64,000 nt of DNA from Candidatus Lustribacter sp. (GCA_965277805.1 OZ255842.1:416001-480000), one strand, 5' to 3'; positions 9,895 through 21,345 are shown, numbered from the stretch's first letter. Numbers and translations: made by a program. The notes: generated from the sequence alone by a model not told the origin.

Positions 9895-11237
9895 CGACCG
9901 CGTTACGTCCGGCGCCGAGCGCGCGCAACGTTGCCTTCGCCGTCATTCGCGACGTCTTCGGGCCCGACGCGCGTGGTGCGGCCGAATCGCTCGACCGGCA
10001 TCTGCGCAAGTCGTCGCTCGATCCGCGCGATCGCGCGTTCGTGACCGAACTCGCCTATGGCACGATCGAGCGCCGGCGCTGGCTCGATTGGCAACTCGAA
10101 CCCTACCTCGGCGCACGCGCGGCGAAGCTGCCGCAGATGATCGCCGAGATCTTGCGGCTGGGCACCTACCAGCTGCGCGCGATGCGCGTACACGAATACG
10201 CCGCGGTGTCGGAGAGCGTGCAGCTTGCGCGGCGCTTCGGCCATCCCGGCACGGCCGGCCTGGTGAATGCGGTGCTGCGCCGCGTGTCGACCGATCCCGA
10301 GCGCGAAGTCACCGAAGCGGACGTAGCCTCACACGACGATTTGCTCGGCACGCGCGTCTCGCTGCCGACCTGGATCGTGCGGATGTGGCGCGAACGTTTC
10401 GGCGAGGCACAGCTGCAAGCGATCCTCGACGGCGTAAACGGTCCGGCTGCGACCGGCCTATCGATCGACCGCCGCAAAACCACGCGCGATGAAACGATCG
10501 CGCGCCTAGCCGAATACGGCATCGTCGCGCGGCCGTCCGCGTTCGCGGCGGATGCGATCGTGCTTGCTGCCGCGGTGCCGACGCCGGCACTGCGCGAGGC
10601 GCTCGGCGACCGCGCCGAACTGCACTCCGAAGTCGCGTGCTTTCCGGTCGACTTGCTCGATCCGCAGCCGGGCGAACGCATCCTCGAAGCGTGCAGCGGG
10701 CGTGGGAACAAGACGCTGCAACTCGCGAGCGCGATCGGCGATCGGGGCACGATCGTCGCGATCGATACCGATGCGCGCAAGATCGCGCGCGCGCAAGCGC
10801 GTTTGGCCGAGGCCGGCGTTACGTCGGTCACGCTGCGCACCGGCGATGCGGGCGCGCTCGACGGCAGCGAAACGTTCGACGCGATCCTCGTCGATGCGCC
10901 CTGTTCCGGCTTGGGCATCATCGGACGCCAGCCGGAAGCGCGCTGGCGCAAGTCGCCCGAGGACGGCGCGCGCCTCGCGCCGCAACAGCGCGCGCTCATC
11001 GATGCCGCCGCGCGAGCGCTCGCACCCGGCGGCCGGCTCGTGTACGCGGTCTGTTCGACCGATGCACGCGAAGGCGAAGGCGTGATCGACCCGTTTCTCG
11101 CCGCGCATCCCGAACTCGAACGCGCCGCGCTGCCGGAGCGCTACGCAGCGCTTGCGACGCCGGCCGGCGACGTGCTCGTCGCGCCGGGCATCGAAGGCCG
11201 GGACGGCTTCTACATCGGGGTGATGCGCCGGCGGTGA
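9891..11237 (+). CDS. rsmB: 16S rRNA m5C967 methyltransferase (NusB-like + RsmB domains)
   Basis: ELAYGT, GLVNAVLR, DAPCSGLG, PGGRLVYAVCS, DGFY; follows def-fmt. Confidence 0.9.
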   Translation: MTTALRPAPSARNVAFAVIRDVFGPDARGAAESLDRHLRKSSLDPRDRAFVTELAYGTIERRRWLDWQLEPYLGARAAKLPQMIAEILRLGTYQLRAMRVHEYAAVSESVQLARRFGHPGTAGLVNAVLRRVSTDPEREVTEADVASHDDLLGTRVSLPTWIVRMWRERFGEAQLQAILDGVNGPAATGLSIDRRKTTRDETIARLAEYGIVARPSAFAADAIVLAAAVPTPALREALGDRAELHSEVACFPVDLLDPQPGERILEACSGRGNKTLQLASAIGDRGTIVAIDTDARKIARAQARLAEAGVTSVTLRTGDAGALDGSETFDAILVDAPCSGLGIIGRQPEARWRKSPEDGARLAPQQRALIDAAARALAPGGRLVYAVCSTDAREGEGVIDPFLAAHPELERAALPERYAALATPAGDVLVAPGIEGRDGFYIGVMRRR

Positions 11238-11833
11238 ACGCGATCGCGCGTTTCGAGGCGCTCTGTGCGCGCGTCGTCGAAGGCACGTTTGCCCGCATCT
11301 TTCCCAGTGCGCTCGAGCCGGCGCAAGTCGGGCGCAAGCTCATCGCGGCGCAGGCCGCGACCCCGACCGACACCTATCTCGTGCGCGTGCACCCGGTCGA
11401 CTACGCGCGCTTCGCGAGCGATCGCGCGTTTCTCGAAGCGCGCTGGAGCGCGATGTTGCGCGAAGGCGCGGCCGAGCGCGATTCGCCGCAAGCGATCTTA
11501 CACGAAGATCCGGAAATCGTGGCCGGTTCGGTGACGGTGGAAGCACTGGTCGATGATCGGCCCGTCGTGCTCACACTGGTGCGTCCGGGCGAGACGATCG
11601 CGCTCTTCGACGGCTTGCGCATCGGCCGTCACGAGGACAACGACGTCACGATCCCCGACGGCCGTGTGTCGCGTCATCACGCGCGCATTGTTGCCGACGG
11701 CGACGGGTTCGCGATCGAAGACCTGCAATCATCGAACGGCACGTTCGTCGACGGCGCGCAAGTGCAGCGCGCGCGATTGCATCCCGGCGCGTCGATCGTG
11801 GTCGGCGAGACGGTGCTCGAGATCCGTGGCTGA
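11234..11833 (+). CDS. FhaA-like protein (DUF3662-like N-terminus + FHA domain)
   Basis: VEGTFARIF...P.QVGRKL; FHA motifs IGR, VSRHHA, DLQSSNGTFV; GTGA overlap. Confidence 0.85.
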   Translation: MNAIARFEALCARVVEGTFARIFPSALEPAQVGRKLIAAQAATPTDTYLVRVHPVDYARFASDRAFLEARWSAMLREGAAERDSPQAILHEDPEIVAGSVTVEALVDDRPVVLTLVRPGETIALFDGLRIGRHEDNDVTIPDGRVSRHHARIVADGDGFAIEDLQSSNGTFVDGAQVQRARLHPGASIVVGETVLEIRG

Positions 11834-12242
11834 CCCGCGATACGCCACCCTGGCGGTCACCGCCGGCCTCGCGCTTTTCGTGGTGCTGGTTCGCGACCGG
11901 CGCGGTGCCCCGCCCCGGCCCGCGCTCGAGGCGACGATCCCGGCCGGCATCGAGCTGGTCGTCGACGACGGCGCCACGATCACGACCCGGCGCCTGGGAC
12001 GCCGCATTCTGGTCGGCCGCGCACCCAGCGCCGACGTACGAATCGACGATCCCAGGGTGAGCCGCTTGCACGCGCGCATTGAAATGCGGGATGATGGTGT
12101 GTACGTGGAAGATCTCGGGAGTCGGAACGGCACCCTTGTCGACGGGGTACCGGTGGTGAGCAGTCGCCAGCTTGCTCATGGAGCCGAACTCACGATCGGA
12201 ACCGCGTCCATCATTTTCCGAGGGGTCGGCTCATGGAAATAG
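11826..12242 (+). CDS. FhaB-like membrane-anchored FHA domain protein
   Basis: N-terminal TM helix; VGR, VSRLHA, EDLGSRNGT. Confidence 0.85.
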   Translation: MADPRYATLAVTAGLALFVVLVRDRRGAPPRPALEATIPAGIELVVDDGATITTRRLGRRILVGRAPSADVRIDDPRVSRLHARIEMRDDGVYVEDLGSRNGTLVDGVPVVSSRQLAHGAELTIGTASIIFRGVGSWK

Positions 12243-13078
12243 CGGTCGGTTCGAAGCCTGGAGCCCGCTCGCGCGGGAACGTCGACGCCCACGTGGCGGA
12301 AGTGATCGCTCCGGGTGTCGTGCTGCTCGCCGTCGCCGAGGGCTTCGGCTCCGTCCGCGGTCAGGCCGCGCCGCTGGTCGCGGCGCTCGCCGTTCGCGAT
12401 GCCTTGCGCCACCGCGTCCGTCCGGACGGCCGCGATGCGCGCGCCGCCCTGCTCTCCGCCTTTGCCAGCGCCAACGCGCGCGTCTTCGCGCACTCGGGCA
12501 GCCACGACGACTTCGTCGCGTCCGGTTCGTCAATTTCCGCCGCGCTGATCGTCGGCGATCGCGCGCACATCGCCCACGTCGGCGGCACGCGCGCCTACCT
12601 CAGCCGTGACGGTTCGCTGATGGCGCTCACCACCGACGACGAGCTCGGCGGTGAAGATTGGCTGTCGGCGTGGACGAGCGTGCCGACCGAAGCGCTGACG
12701 GGGCCCGTGCTCACGCGCACGCTCGGCACGCAGGCGACGCTCGATGCGACGGTGACCAACGTGCGTTTGATGCACGGCGACGCGCTCGTGCTCGCGACCG
12801 GCGGCTTCCACAAAGCGATTAGCGACGATGAGATCTCGTACGCGCTGCGCACGACCGACTCATCGGAGTCGGTCACGCAGCGGTTGCTTGAAACCGGCAG
12901 CATGCGCGGCAGCGCGTTCGGCGGCACCGTCATCGTCGGCCGAGCGCTCACCGACGCCGCCCCGCCGATCGACGCCGGCCCGTCGTTTCACATCCGTACG
13001 GCGGCGCTCGCGCTGACGATGCTCATCATCGCATCGCTCATCGCCGCCGCCGTCTTCCACATCTTCCTACAGCCTTAG
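12233..13078 (+). CDS. PP2C/PstP-fold protein with C-terminal TM helix; metal-binding Asp residues degenerate
   Basis: PP2C scaffold (AHVG..RAYL, LTRTLG, GD.LVL) and position after fhaAB. Confidence 0.8.
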   Translation: MEIAVGSKPGARSRGNVDAHVAEVIAPGVVLLAVAEGFGSVRGQAAPLVAALAVRDALRHRVRPDGRDARAALLSAFASANARVFAHSGSHDDFVASGSSISAALIVGDRAHIAHVGGTRAYLSRDGSLMALTTDDELGGEDWLSAWTSVPTEALTGPVLTRTLGTQATLDATVTNVRLMHGDALVLATGGFHKAISDDEISYALRTTDSSESVTQRLLETGSMRGSAFGGTVIVGRALTDAAPPIDAGPSFHIRTAALALTMLIIASLIAAAVFHIFLQP

Positions 13079-14196
13079 AGATTTCCGCGCTTCGCTTGTT
13101 CCTTTTCGATCGAGACGAAGAGCGCTTTGAAGTTGCCTTTGCCGAACGACTCGGCGCCGTGGCGCTGGATGATTTCGAAGAACAGCGTCGGACGGTCTTG
13201 CAGCGGTTTGGTGAAGATCTGCAGCATGTAGCCCTGATCGTCGCGGTCGACGAGAATGTTCAGTTCGCGCAGCGTTGCAACGTCTTCGTCGATCGCGCCG
13301 ACGCGCGCCGAGAGGTCGTCGTAATAGGACGCCGGCGTGGTGAGCAGCTCGACGCCGTTGGCTTGTAGCGCGCGCACCGTTGCGACGATGTCGTCGGTGG
13401 CGATCGCAACGTGCTGCACGCCCGCGCCGCCGTAGGACTCGAGGTATTCCTCGATCTGCGAGCGTTTACGGCCGTGCGCAGGTTCGTTGATCGGCAGCTT
13501 CACGGTGCCGGTGGCGTTGCGCATCACTTTCGAACGCAGTGCGGTGTATTCGGTCGAGATGTCGCGATCGTCGAAGCTGATCAGTTCCTGAAAGTCGAAC
13601 GCGTCGGCGTAGAACCGGCACCAGGTTTCCATCTCGTTCCAGCCGACGTTGCCGACGCAGTGGTCGATCGCGCGCAAACCCACCGGCGTGCCCGCATGCG
13701 CGGTACTCTGCCAAGCGATGAAACCGGGCAGCCAGATCGCGCTCGCACCCGAGCGCTCGACCAGCGTGTGAATCGTATCACCGTAGGTTCCGACCGCCGC
13801 CAGCACCGCGCGCGCGCCGGTTTCTTCGACGACGGCCGGCCCGAACACGGGCTTTGCGCCGTGCGCGACGAGATGCCGAAACGCCGCAGTTGCGTCGGGC
13901 GTCGAGAACGCGACGCCGCGTACGCCGTCGCCGTGCCGCGCAACGTGATCGTTGATCGGACCGCCCGGCCGCAATGCCGACGTCAGCACGAGGCGGATGT
14001 CGCCCTGCGCGACCACGTAGGAGGCGCGGTCGGCGAGCCCGGTTTCGGGGCCGGCGTAGGCCAGGGGCCGGAAGCCGAGGGCGGTGATGTAGTACTCTGC
14101 GGCCTGCTTCGCATTGCCGACCCACAGCTCGAGGTGGTCGAAGCGCAGGGCGCCGCCGTCATAGCGGCCGACGGGGAGCGGAGCAGTCATCGTCAT
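13075..14196 (-). CDS. hppD: 4-hydroxyphenylpyruvate dioxygenase
   Basis: IDHCVGNV, LPINEP, SQIEEYL, GVQHVA, LQIFTKP, FFEIIQR, FGKGNFKALF. Confidence 0.96.
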   Translation of the reverse strand: MTMTAPLPVGRYDGGALRFDHLELWVGNAKQAAEYYITALGFRPLAYAGPETGLADRASYVVAQGDIRLVLTSALRPGGPINDHVARHGDGVRGVAFSTPDATAAFRHLVAHGAKPVFGPAVVEETGARAVLAAVGTYGDTIHTLVERSGASAIWLPGFIAWQSTAHAGTPVGLRAIDHCVGNVGWNEMETWCRFYADAFDFQELISFDDRDISTEYTALRSKVMRNATGTVKLPINEPAHGRKRSQIEEYLESYGGAGVQHVAIATDDIVATVRALQANGVELLTTPASYYDDLSARVGAIDEDVATLRELNILVDRDDQGYMLQIFTKPLQDRPTLFFEIIQRHGAESFGKGNFKALFVSIEKEQAKRGNL

Positions 14197-14280
14197 ACTA
14201 CCAAGATACCGCGCAGCAGGCGCGAACGGGGCGGCCGAGCCGCAATAATCCGCTAAAGAATAGGGCCGCCGGGGCAAAAG

Positions 14281-14772
14281 ATGGCGCAAATCGCGTTAGA
14301 CGCAATCGACCGTGAAATCCTGATCGCGCTTCAGGCCAATGCCCGCCTGCCCAACAACGATCTGGCGGCCGCCGTCGGCCTCTCGCCCTCGCCGTGCCTG
14401 CGGCGCGTGCGGCGGCTGGAGAAGCTGGGCGTGATCACCGGTTACAGCGCGCTGCTGAACCGCGCGGGGGTCGGGATCGGGCTGACCGCGTTCGTCAGCG
14501 TCGACATCGAGCGCAATCGCAAGGCCGAGACCGATCTCTTGCGCGCGCAGATCCAAGCCTTGCCCGAAGTCGTCGCCGCGCACATCGTCACCGGCGATTC
14601 CGATTTTCTGCTCGAGGTCGCAACCGCAAACCTCGAGACGTTTTCGCAGTTCGTGCTCGGCGTGCTCAACAAACTCCCCGGCGTCAAGGGCGTTCGCTCG
14701 AACATCTCGCTCGACGTCGTCAAACACGCGGCAGCGCTGCCGATTCCGCCGGTCGAACGCAGCGCATCGTGA
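14281..14772 (+). CDS. Lrp/AsnC family regulator
   Basis: LDAIDREIL...VGLSPSPCLRRVRRLE HTH; divergent from hppD. Confidence 0.93.
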   Translation: MAQIALDAIDREILIALQANARLPNNDLAAAVGLSPSPCLRRVRRLEKLGVITGYSALLNRAGVGIGLTAFVSVDIERNRKAETDLLRAQIQALPEVVAAHIVTGDSDFLLEVATANLETFSQFVLGVLNKLPGVKGVRSNISLDVVKHAAALPIPPVERSAS

Positions 14773-16010
14773 TACTCGAGCGCGTGCGCGAACTTTGGCC
14801 GATGGCGACGGCTCTCGTGTTTGCCGCGGCCATGTTCACGCTGGCCGCGCCGCATTCGCTCGGTCCGCCGTGGATCGCCGGCTTGTTGGCCGTGCTCGCG
14901 ATCGTGTGGGTTGCAGTGCAACCGTCCTCGACGACGCGCGACGATACGCTGCCGGCGCTCGCAATCGTGATCGCCGCGCTCGGCGTGATCCTGGTTGCGC
15001 GTCTGTCGCCCGATCTCGCGGCCAAGCAAATGCTCTGGCTTGCGTTTTCGCTCGTGCTCGTGCTGATCGCGGGTCCGGCGTTCACGCGCTTTCGCGTGCT
15101 TTCGGCGTACACGTACGTGTGGATCGTTGTCGCGATCGTGCTCTTTGTTGCTCTCGCGCTATTCGGGCAAGAAGTCAACGGCGCGAAGCTGTGGATTCGC
15201 ATCGGCGGCGTGCAGTTCGAACCGGTGGAAGTCATCAAACTGCTCGTCGTGCTTTTTATGGCCTCCTATCTGGCCGCAACGGCCGATGTGATCGAGCGCA
15301 CGAAGCCCTGGTCGTTGCGCGCCAACGCGAAATATCTCGGGCCGCTCTTCATCGGCTGGGGCGCATCGATGGCGATTCTCGTGCTTGAACGCGACTTGGG
15401 GATGGCGGTGCTGCTGCTCTCCACGTTTGCGGCGATGCTGTACGTTGCGACCCGGCGCGTCGATCTGATCGTCGGCTGCACCGCGATCTTCGCCGCGGCG
15501 ATCTGGTTTGCGGCGACGCACTTTCACTACGTGCAAGCGCGCATCGCGGTGTGGCACGATCCGTTCCGCGATCCCTACGGTGCCGGCTATCAAGCGATGC
15601 AGTCGCTGTTCTCGCTCGCGGCCGGCGGCCTGTTCGGCACCGGCTATCACGCCGGACGGCCGGACTTCATTCCCGACGTTGCGACCGACTACGTCTACGC
15701 CGCCTATACCGAAGAGTGGGGCGCCGTCGGCGCGATCGTGTTGTGCGCGGCGTTTCTTGCGCTGATCCTGCGCATGCTCGTCGTCGCGCAGCGTCAGCCC
15801 GATCTGTATTCGAAGCTGCTCGCCACCGGTCTGGCGGCGACGCTCGGGTTTCAGGTTGTGATCATCGTCGGCGGCGTGTTGCGGCTCTTCCCCCTCACCG
15901 GGATAACGCTGCCGTTCGTTTCGTACGGCGGGAGTTCGCTCGTGACGAACTTTTTGCTCGTCGCACTCGTATGGGCAATTTCGGGCGAACGTCGAAGAGT
16001 GCCTGAGTGA
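14769..16010 (+). CDS. rodA: SEDS family protein (RodA/FtsW)
   Basis: NGAKLWI, P.E..K, DLG, YQ..QS, TDY, PLTGITLPFVSYGGSS; GTGA overlap with the lrp stop. Confidence 0.88.
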   Translation: MILERVRELWPMATALVFAAAMFTLAAPHSLGPPWIAGLLAVLAIVWVAVQPSSTTRDDTLPALAIVIAALGVILVARLSPDLAAKQMLWLAFSLVLVLIAGPAFTRFRVLSAYTYVWIVVAIVLFVALALFGQEVNGAKLWIRIGGVQFEPVEVIKLLVVLFMASYLAATADVIERTKPWSLRANAKYLGPLFIGWGASMAILVLERDLGMAVLLLSTFAAMLYVATRRVDLIVGCTAIFAAAIWFAATHFHYVQARIAVWHDPFRDPYGAGYQAMQSLFSLAAGGLFGTGYHAGRPDFIPDVATDYVYAAYTEEWGAVGAIVLCAAFLALILRMLVVAQRQPDLYSKLLATGLAATLGFQVVIIVGGVLRLFPLTGITLPFVSYGGSSLVTNFLLVALVWAISGERRRVPE

Positions 16011-16870
16011 GGGGTGTATCGACGGCTATTTGGTCGGTCGTACTTGCTGGTTCGATCATTTCGATCGGAGCCGGTTTCGTCGGCGGCCGTTCGATTGGGT
16101 CGGCGGGCAGCCTACCAGTCGCGAACGCCAAGAAGACTGACGACGAGCTCCCCGCGCCGATCCGCCAGCGCCTCATGCGGCGCTCCCTCTTCGGCGCCCA
16201 TTCGCTCGACGCGGCCGAGTCGTACGACCCCTACGGTGACCCCGAGCTCGGCGTGACCGACCGCTCGCGCGCAGCTGCCGGCTACGATCCGCGCACCGAC
16301 CGGGCGAAGATCGCCGTGATCGTGATCGACGCGGGCAGTGCCGGACCCGGCCTTGATATGTTCACCCGTTCGCCGTTGCCGCTCACCTTGGCGGTGGCGC
16401 CGGCCGACGACAACGCGGGTTCGGCCGTGCAATCGATCGAGGCCGCCGGCAAGACCGCCGTCGTCGACGGCACTCAGGGCTCGCCGGCGCGGATCGCGGC
16501 CTTGATTCACGACGGCGCACGCGGCGTGATCGCCTCGCTCGACGAACAGCGTGCGGGCGCACTGCTGCGCGGCATCGATCGCAACGCTCTGGTCGTGGAC
16601 GCGGCGCTGTCGGAAGACGACGCCATCGCGTCGGCCGCACGCGCGTTGCACCGTCCGCTCTACACGCGCGACGTGATCGCCGATGCGCGCGACGACGGTG
16701 CGTACGTCGATTTTATGCTGCGCAATGCTCTGGCGATCGCCCAGCGCACCGGCACGGCGATCGTCGCGGTCCACGCGCGTGCGCAGAGCTTCGATGCGAT
16801 TACGCGTTTCGCCGATCGGGCGAGCCGTGATGGCGCCGATATCGTCGCGTTGACCGACCTCACTCATTGA
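16007..16870 (+). CDS. Divergent polysaccharide deacetylase-like protein, degenerate active site
   Basis: Aligns by eye with 37889-38875 (AVIVID, PLTLAV, RDV..D, GTAIVAVH); N-terminal TM/signal. Confidence 0.65.
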   Translation: MRGVSTAIWSVVLAGSIISIGAGFVGGRSIGSAGSLPVANAKKTDDELPAPIRQRLMRRSLFGAHSLDAAESYDPYGDPELGVTDRSRAAAGYDPRTDRAKIAVIVIDAGSAGPGLDMFTRSPLPLTLAVAPADDNAGSAVQSIEAAGKTAVVDGTQGSPARIAALIHDGARGVIASLDEQRAGALLRGIDRNALVVDAALSEDDAIASAARALHRPLYTRDVIADARDDGAYVDFMLRNALAIAQRTGTAIVAVHARAQSFDAITRFADRASRDGADIVALTDLTH

Positions 16871-17703
16871 CGACGCGCGATTACCTGACGCGCACCCCCG
16901 CCGCCGGTATCCGCATCGCGTACGCGAGCGAAGCGCCGGAACAGTTCGGCGATCTGCGCGTTCCCGCCGGCGATGGCCCGTTTCCCGTTGCCGTGGTCGT
17001 GCACGGCGGCTGGTGGCGCTCGACCTACGGTCTCACCTATGCCGGGCATCTGGCCGAAGCGCTGACGTCGGACGGTTTTGCCACCTGGAACATCGAGTAC
17101 CGGCGCGTCGGAAATCCGGGCGGCGGCTATCCGAACACGCTCTTCGACGTGACGGCGGCGCTCGGCGCGTTGCGTGAGATCGCGGGCGAGTACCCGCTCG
17201 ATCTCGCGCGCATCGTCGTGACTGGACACTCGGCCGGCGGACACATCGCGGCGTGGCTTGCCTCAAAGCAGGCGCATCGCGAACTCGACGTCTTCGGCGA
17301 GCCGCTGCCGCTGATCGGCGCGGTGCCGGTTGCCGGCGCGCTCGACCTGGTGCACTGCTCCGCGATGCGGGTGAGCGATTCCGCCGGCATTCCCGTGCAC
17401 GATTTTCTCGGCGGCACGCCGGGTGACGTGCCCGAATACTACGCGATGGCATCGCCGACCGCGTGGCTGCCGACCGGCATTCCGGTGATCGCCGTGCACG
17501 GCACGGAGGACGACGTCGTCCCGATCGAGATCTCGCGCCGCTACGTGCAGCGCGCGCAAGCCGCCGGCGATCGCGCCAAACTGATCGTGCTCGACGGCAT
17601 TGACCACTTCGCGCCGTTCGACCCGTCGACCAAGGCCGGCGCGATCGTCTGGGACACCGTTTCCGAACTCCTCACGAGGGACTTTGGGAGGGGAGCGTCG
17701 TAA
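16867..17703 (+). CDS. Alpha/beta hydrolase (esterase-like)
   Basis: HGGWW, EYRR, GHSAGG nucleophile elbow, HGTEDDVVP, terminal His. Confidence 0.9.
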   Translation: MTTRDYLTRTPAAGIRIAYASEAPEQFGDLRVPAGDGPFPVAVVVHGGWWRSTYGLTYAGHLAEALTSDGFATWNIEYRRVGNPGGGYPNTLFDVTAALGALREIAGEYPLDLARIVVTGHSAGGHIAAWLASKQAHRELDVFGEPLPLIGAVPVAGALDLVHCSAMRVSDSAGIPVHDFLGGTPGDVPEYYAMASPTAWLPTGIPVIAVHGTEDDVVPIEISRRYVQRAQAAGDRAKLIVLDGIDHFAPFDPSTKAGAIVWDTVSELLTRDFGRGAS

Positions 17704-17714
17704 AGGTGCCCTTG

Positions 17715-17768
17715 ATGACCACCTTGGCCGCGCTGTTCCTCCTCCTTCTTAGCGATACGACTCCGTAG
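17715..17768 (+). CDS. leuA leader peptide MTTLAALFLLLLSDTTP
   Basis: 17-codon ORF with 6 Leu codons including CTC CTC CTT CTT, directly upstream of a terminator and leuA. Confidence 0.85.
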   Translation: MTTLAALFLLLLSDTTP

Positions 17769-19549
<1,781 letters not shown>

Positions 19550-19550
<1 letters not shown>

Positions 19551-20482
19551 TGCTCTCGCGCCGGCTCGCGCTTACGCTAACGGCGGCCGCGCCGTTTGCG
19601 TTAGGCGCGCCGCGCCCGGCCGCCGCAGCCGATGCGGTGACGCTGAAGGCCGGCACGTCGCCGACCGATGCCTACGCCGAGCCGCTGTATTTCGCGCCGG
19701 CCGGGATGGCCGCCAAGTCAGGCATCACGCTCGACGTTAGCCTCTACTCGAGCAGCACCGTAACGGCGGCGGGTTGCGCATCGGGCGCGCTCGACGTCGG
19801 CGTCGCCGATCCGATCGCGATCGCCAACGGCGTCGTACAGGGCATTCCATTTCGCATTCTTGCGCCGGGTTCGGTATACACCGGCGTGACGACGTCGTAC
19901 ATCTGCGTTGCCAAATCATCGCCGATCACGAGCGCAAAAGATTTGAACGGCGCGACGATGGGTTCGGTCACGCTGGCGTCGTCGGTCGCCTTCGTTGCAA
20001 CGAAGTCGTGGCTTGCCGCCGGCGGCGCGGATCTTTCGACGGTCAAGTTCGTGGAGATGCCGTACGCTTCGATGGCTGCTGCGATCGAACGCGGCACGAT
20101 CGCCGGCGCATCGATCGCCGAGCCGTTCATCTCGCAGCTGCCGCCGACGGTGCGCATCCTCGCGAACCCGAACGATGCGATCGGCGGTCACTATGCCACG
20201 AGTGCCTGGTTCACCACCAAAACGTGGCTCGATAAGAATCCCGCGCTCGCGCGCCAGCTCACGACGGCCATCTACGACGTGGCGCGCTGGTCGAACGAGC
20301 ATCAGGCCGATACGGCCGCCGTGCTGGCCGGCGCAACGCACGTTGATGTCGAGCGCGCACGCTCGATGAAGCGCGCGTCGTTCGTCACCTCACGCGACCT
20401 TCAGCCGATCGCCGTGAGCCTCGCCGCCGCCGTGAAAGTCGGCGTGCTCAGCCGCCCCGTGACGATCGCGGAATTGACGTAG
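19550..20482 (+). CDS. SsuA/THI5(NMT1)-type substrate-binding protein
   Basis: Tat-like LSRR leader; KDLNGAT, KFVEMP, EPF, WFTT; paralog of 23561 and 57941. Confidence 0.8.
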
Positions 20483-20930
20483 GAAACGGGCAACTGCGTC
20501 CGGAGCGGTAAGGCGAATTGTTTGGACAATGCCCGACCGGCCCAGCAGCCGAGCGAGACACGGGTAACGTCGCCGACACTCTCATTCCACCAAATTCCCC
20601 TCGCTCGGCTGAGACGCTGCGCGAAAGGGCCAGCACCAAATTCAAACCTCGCCCGGTCTCGTCGCCGTCCGCCGGCTGGTCCTCGAAGCTCCGGTCAAAT
20701 CCTGGCCCACTGTCATGGACGACGAGTGTCGGTTCGCTTGCGCGCCAATCAAGCTCGACGCACATCGGCCCGGGCGCATGGCGAGCAACGTTGGAGAGCA
20801 CTTCGCCGACGATCAGTTCTGCGCCGGCAATGTCGTCGTCCGGTTGCGCATACTGGCGGATGAGATGACAGATTTCCCGCCGCAGCGGCCCTGCGTCTTG
20901 ATGACCCATTCTCTCGCGCGTCCAGCACAC
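20448..20930 (-). CDS. Stand-alone RsbW/SpoIIAB-like HATPase (anti-sigma kinase fold); start uncertain
   Basis: ELIVGEVLSNVARHA, VHDSGPGF, GRGL. Confidence 0.75.
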   Translation of the reverse strand: MCWTRERMGHQDAGPLRREICHLIRQYAQPDDDIAGAELIVGEVLSNVARHAPGPMCVELDWRASEPTLVVHDSGPGFDRSFEDQPADGDETGRGLNLVLALSRSVSAERGEFGGMRVSATLPVSRSAAGPVGHCPNNSPYRSGRSCPFPTSIPRSSRGG

Positions 20931-21138
20931 ACGCTCGTCAATACCCCATCAACGGGAAGAGAAACGCACACCCCTCCCCTCGGTGCGCGAGCGTACTGTG
21001 CGGGGCTCGCGGCCTCCGGCCTCTACACCCCGGCCTTTTGTGCTAAACCGCGACTTATGTAAACGGATCGTGAAGGGTCTGAGAAGACTCTGTATTCGGC
21101 CTAGCGCCCGTAAATGGGTGGCCGAACCTATAGACATC

Positions 21139-21345
21139 ATGCATCCTTTCCGAGTCCAGCCCGAAGCCATCGACCGGGTCATCTGCGGTAACTGCGGTCA
21201 CCCCGCGTGGGACCACTGTGTGAGCGAGGGCGCCGAATACGACGCTCACGAGAGCAACGGCGCTTGCCGCCACTTTGCGCTCACCGGCTTCCTCGTCTCG
21301 CCGCAGGTGCTAGTCGATAACCTTCGCGTCTCGCAACTCGCGTAA
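21139..21345 (+). CDS. 68-aa Cys/His micro-protein, putative Zn finger (paralog A)
   Basis: DRVICGNCGHPAWDH...ACRHFALTGF; paralog at 33945 with identical offset from Met. Confidence 0.75.
   Translation: MHPFRVQPEAIDRVICGNCGHPAWDHCVSEGAEYDAHESNGACRHFALTGFLVSPQVLVDNLRVSQLA

Noticed and set aside
20905-20980. Possible frameshift extending the HATPase N-terminus
   Set aside because: An alternative frame is open, but there is no motif evidence to choose between frames without homologs
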